Positions 62,776 through 64,000 of a stretch of DNA of 64,000 nucleotides are shown piece by piece (position 1 is the first letter of the stretch; each line of letters starts with the position of its first letter). The stretch is from Eledone cirrhosa (taxonomy: Eukaryota). A program made the position numbers and the translations under genes. The notes below the pieces were generated by a model. The model saw nothing but the letters and a program-made list of their open reading frames with translations, was not told where the DNA came from and made no database searches. Location of the stretch: positions 47,926,001-47,990,000 of the forward strand of contig OZ024741.1 of the NCBI GenBank assembly GCA_964016885.1, written 5' to 3'.

Positions 62776-63165
62776 GATCTGAAGTCAAAATAAAAGTGAA
62801 TAAATGAAAGTTAGCTTCAAAGACGAGGCCTAAAAGGTAGATGAGTTCAGTATACAGATAATAAATTGTAGTTATACATGTGACTTCTTTACAGAAATAA
62901 TTTAAATAATATTTATTGTTAATTGATGTTATAGAACTTTGTAATGCAATGATGACATGCAATAAAATTAAGACTAATAATGGTTTCTACTTTAGGCACA
63001 AGGCGATCAATTTTTGGGTAGGGGAAAATCCATAAAATCGGCTCCAGTGTGTGACTGGTACTTTATTTTACCGACCCTGTAAGGACAAAAGCCAAAGCTA
63101 GCCTTAGTGGGATTTGAACTCAGAATCTCCACTTCAAAATAACATCTATCATTATTTTATCAAGT

Positions 63166-63360
63166 GTATGGTGGTGGATTGGCCGTATCGGTAGAGGGTC
63201 GGATGCCATGCTTTGACGCATAGAGTTACGGCCCTTGCTATTCTGAGTTCAAATCCCGCCGAGGTTAACTTTGCCTTTCATCCTTACGGGGTCGATAAAA
63301 TAAAGTACCAGTAATGCACTGGGTAATTGCTGGCCTTGTGCTAAAAGTAGAAACTATTAT
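63166..63360 (+). mobile_element. SINE (second family), near full length
   Basis: Reverse complement of 44712-44895. Confidence 0.78.
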
Positions 63361-63379
63361 TTTATCAAGTGTATGTGTG

Positions 63380-63809
63380 TGTTGATGTTTTCTCTCTTTC
63401 ACTCACTGTCTCCGTCTATCTCGCTCTCCCCCTCTCTCTCACTCTCTCACTATTATATGGTTGATGTCCTCTCTCTTTCACTCACTGCCTCTGTCTATCT
63501 CACTCCACCTCCTCTCTCTCACTCTCCCCTCATTATTATATGGTTGATGTCCTCTCTCTTTCACTCACTGCTTCCATCTCTCTCACTCTCCCTCTCTCTC
63601 ACTATTATATGGTTGATGTTCTCCCCCCCTCTCTCACTACCTCCCTCTCTCTCACTCTCCCCTCTCTCACTATTATATGGTTGATGTTCTCTCTCTTTCA
63701 CTCACTGCTTTCATCTCTCTCACTCTCCCCCTATTATATGGTTGATGTTCTCTCTCTTTCACTCACTGCTTCCATCTCTCTCACTCTCCCCCTCTCTCAC
63801 TATTATATG
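63380..63809. repeat. ~65-80 bp CT-rich minisatellite (~6 units)
   Basis: Recurring tattatatggttgatgt...ctctctttcactcactg. Confidence 0.88.
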
Positions 63810-63879
63810 CAAATGGGAACCCATGCACTGGCCACTCCGTGGTCATGGCCGACAGAATAGAGACGTTTGTGTCTTTACC

Positions 63880-64000
63880 AGTGTTTGTGTGTCTACCACT
63901 GTATATGTGTGTCTACCACTATATATGTGTCTACCAGTGTCTGTGTGTCTACCACTGTATATATGTGTCTGCCACTGTATATGTGTGCCTACCACTGTAT
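63880..64000. repeat. ~20 bp minisatellite gtgtgtctaccactgtatat
   Basis: Direct inspection. Confidence 0.85.

Overview
AT-rich animal genomic DNA. The repeat content (degenerate (TA)n arrays, RTE LINEs with (GAT)n tails, tRNA-derived SINEs) suggests a mollusc, probably an octopus or other coleoid; this is inference. Nearly all long 'YIYI' ORFs are microsatellite artefacts. The only host gene I can support is a + strand LRR-ROC (ROCO/LRRK-like) gene. Four phase-compatible GT-AG exons lie at 46248-46389, 51898-52074, 58230-58339 and 60081-60175, and the rest of the window appears intronic. Bases 1-38.8 kb are a nest of transposon pieces, each embedded in degenerate (TA)n arrays. It holds PHD-finger RTE LINEs, a Naiad-like Penelope-like element (RT + GIY-YIG), a CR1-like fragment, probable solo LTRs and a ~9.4 kb tandem segmental duplication. 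The most notable hidden signal is a set of minimal type I hammerhead ribozyme motifs: 8 complete-looking copies from 4 sequence families, plus several half or degenerate ones. They sit in short Penelope-type remnants, and several of these remnants are fold-back palindromes centred on or beside the ribozyme itself. A second notable feature is a pair of long inverted RTE copies bracketing a frame-symmetric 177-nt host exon.
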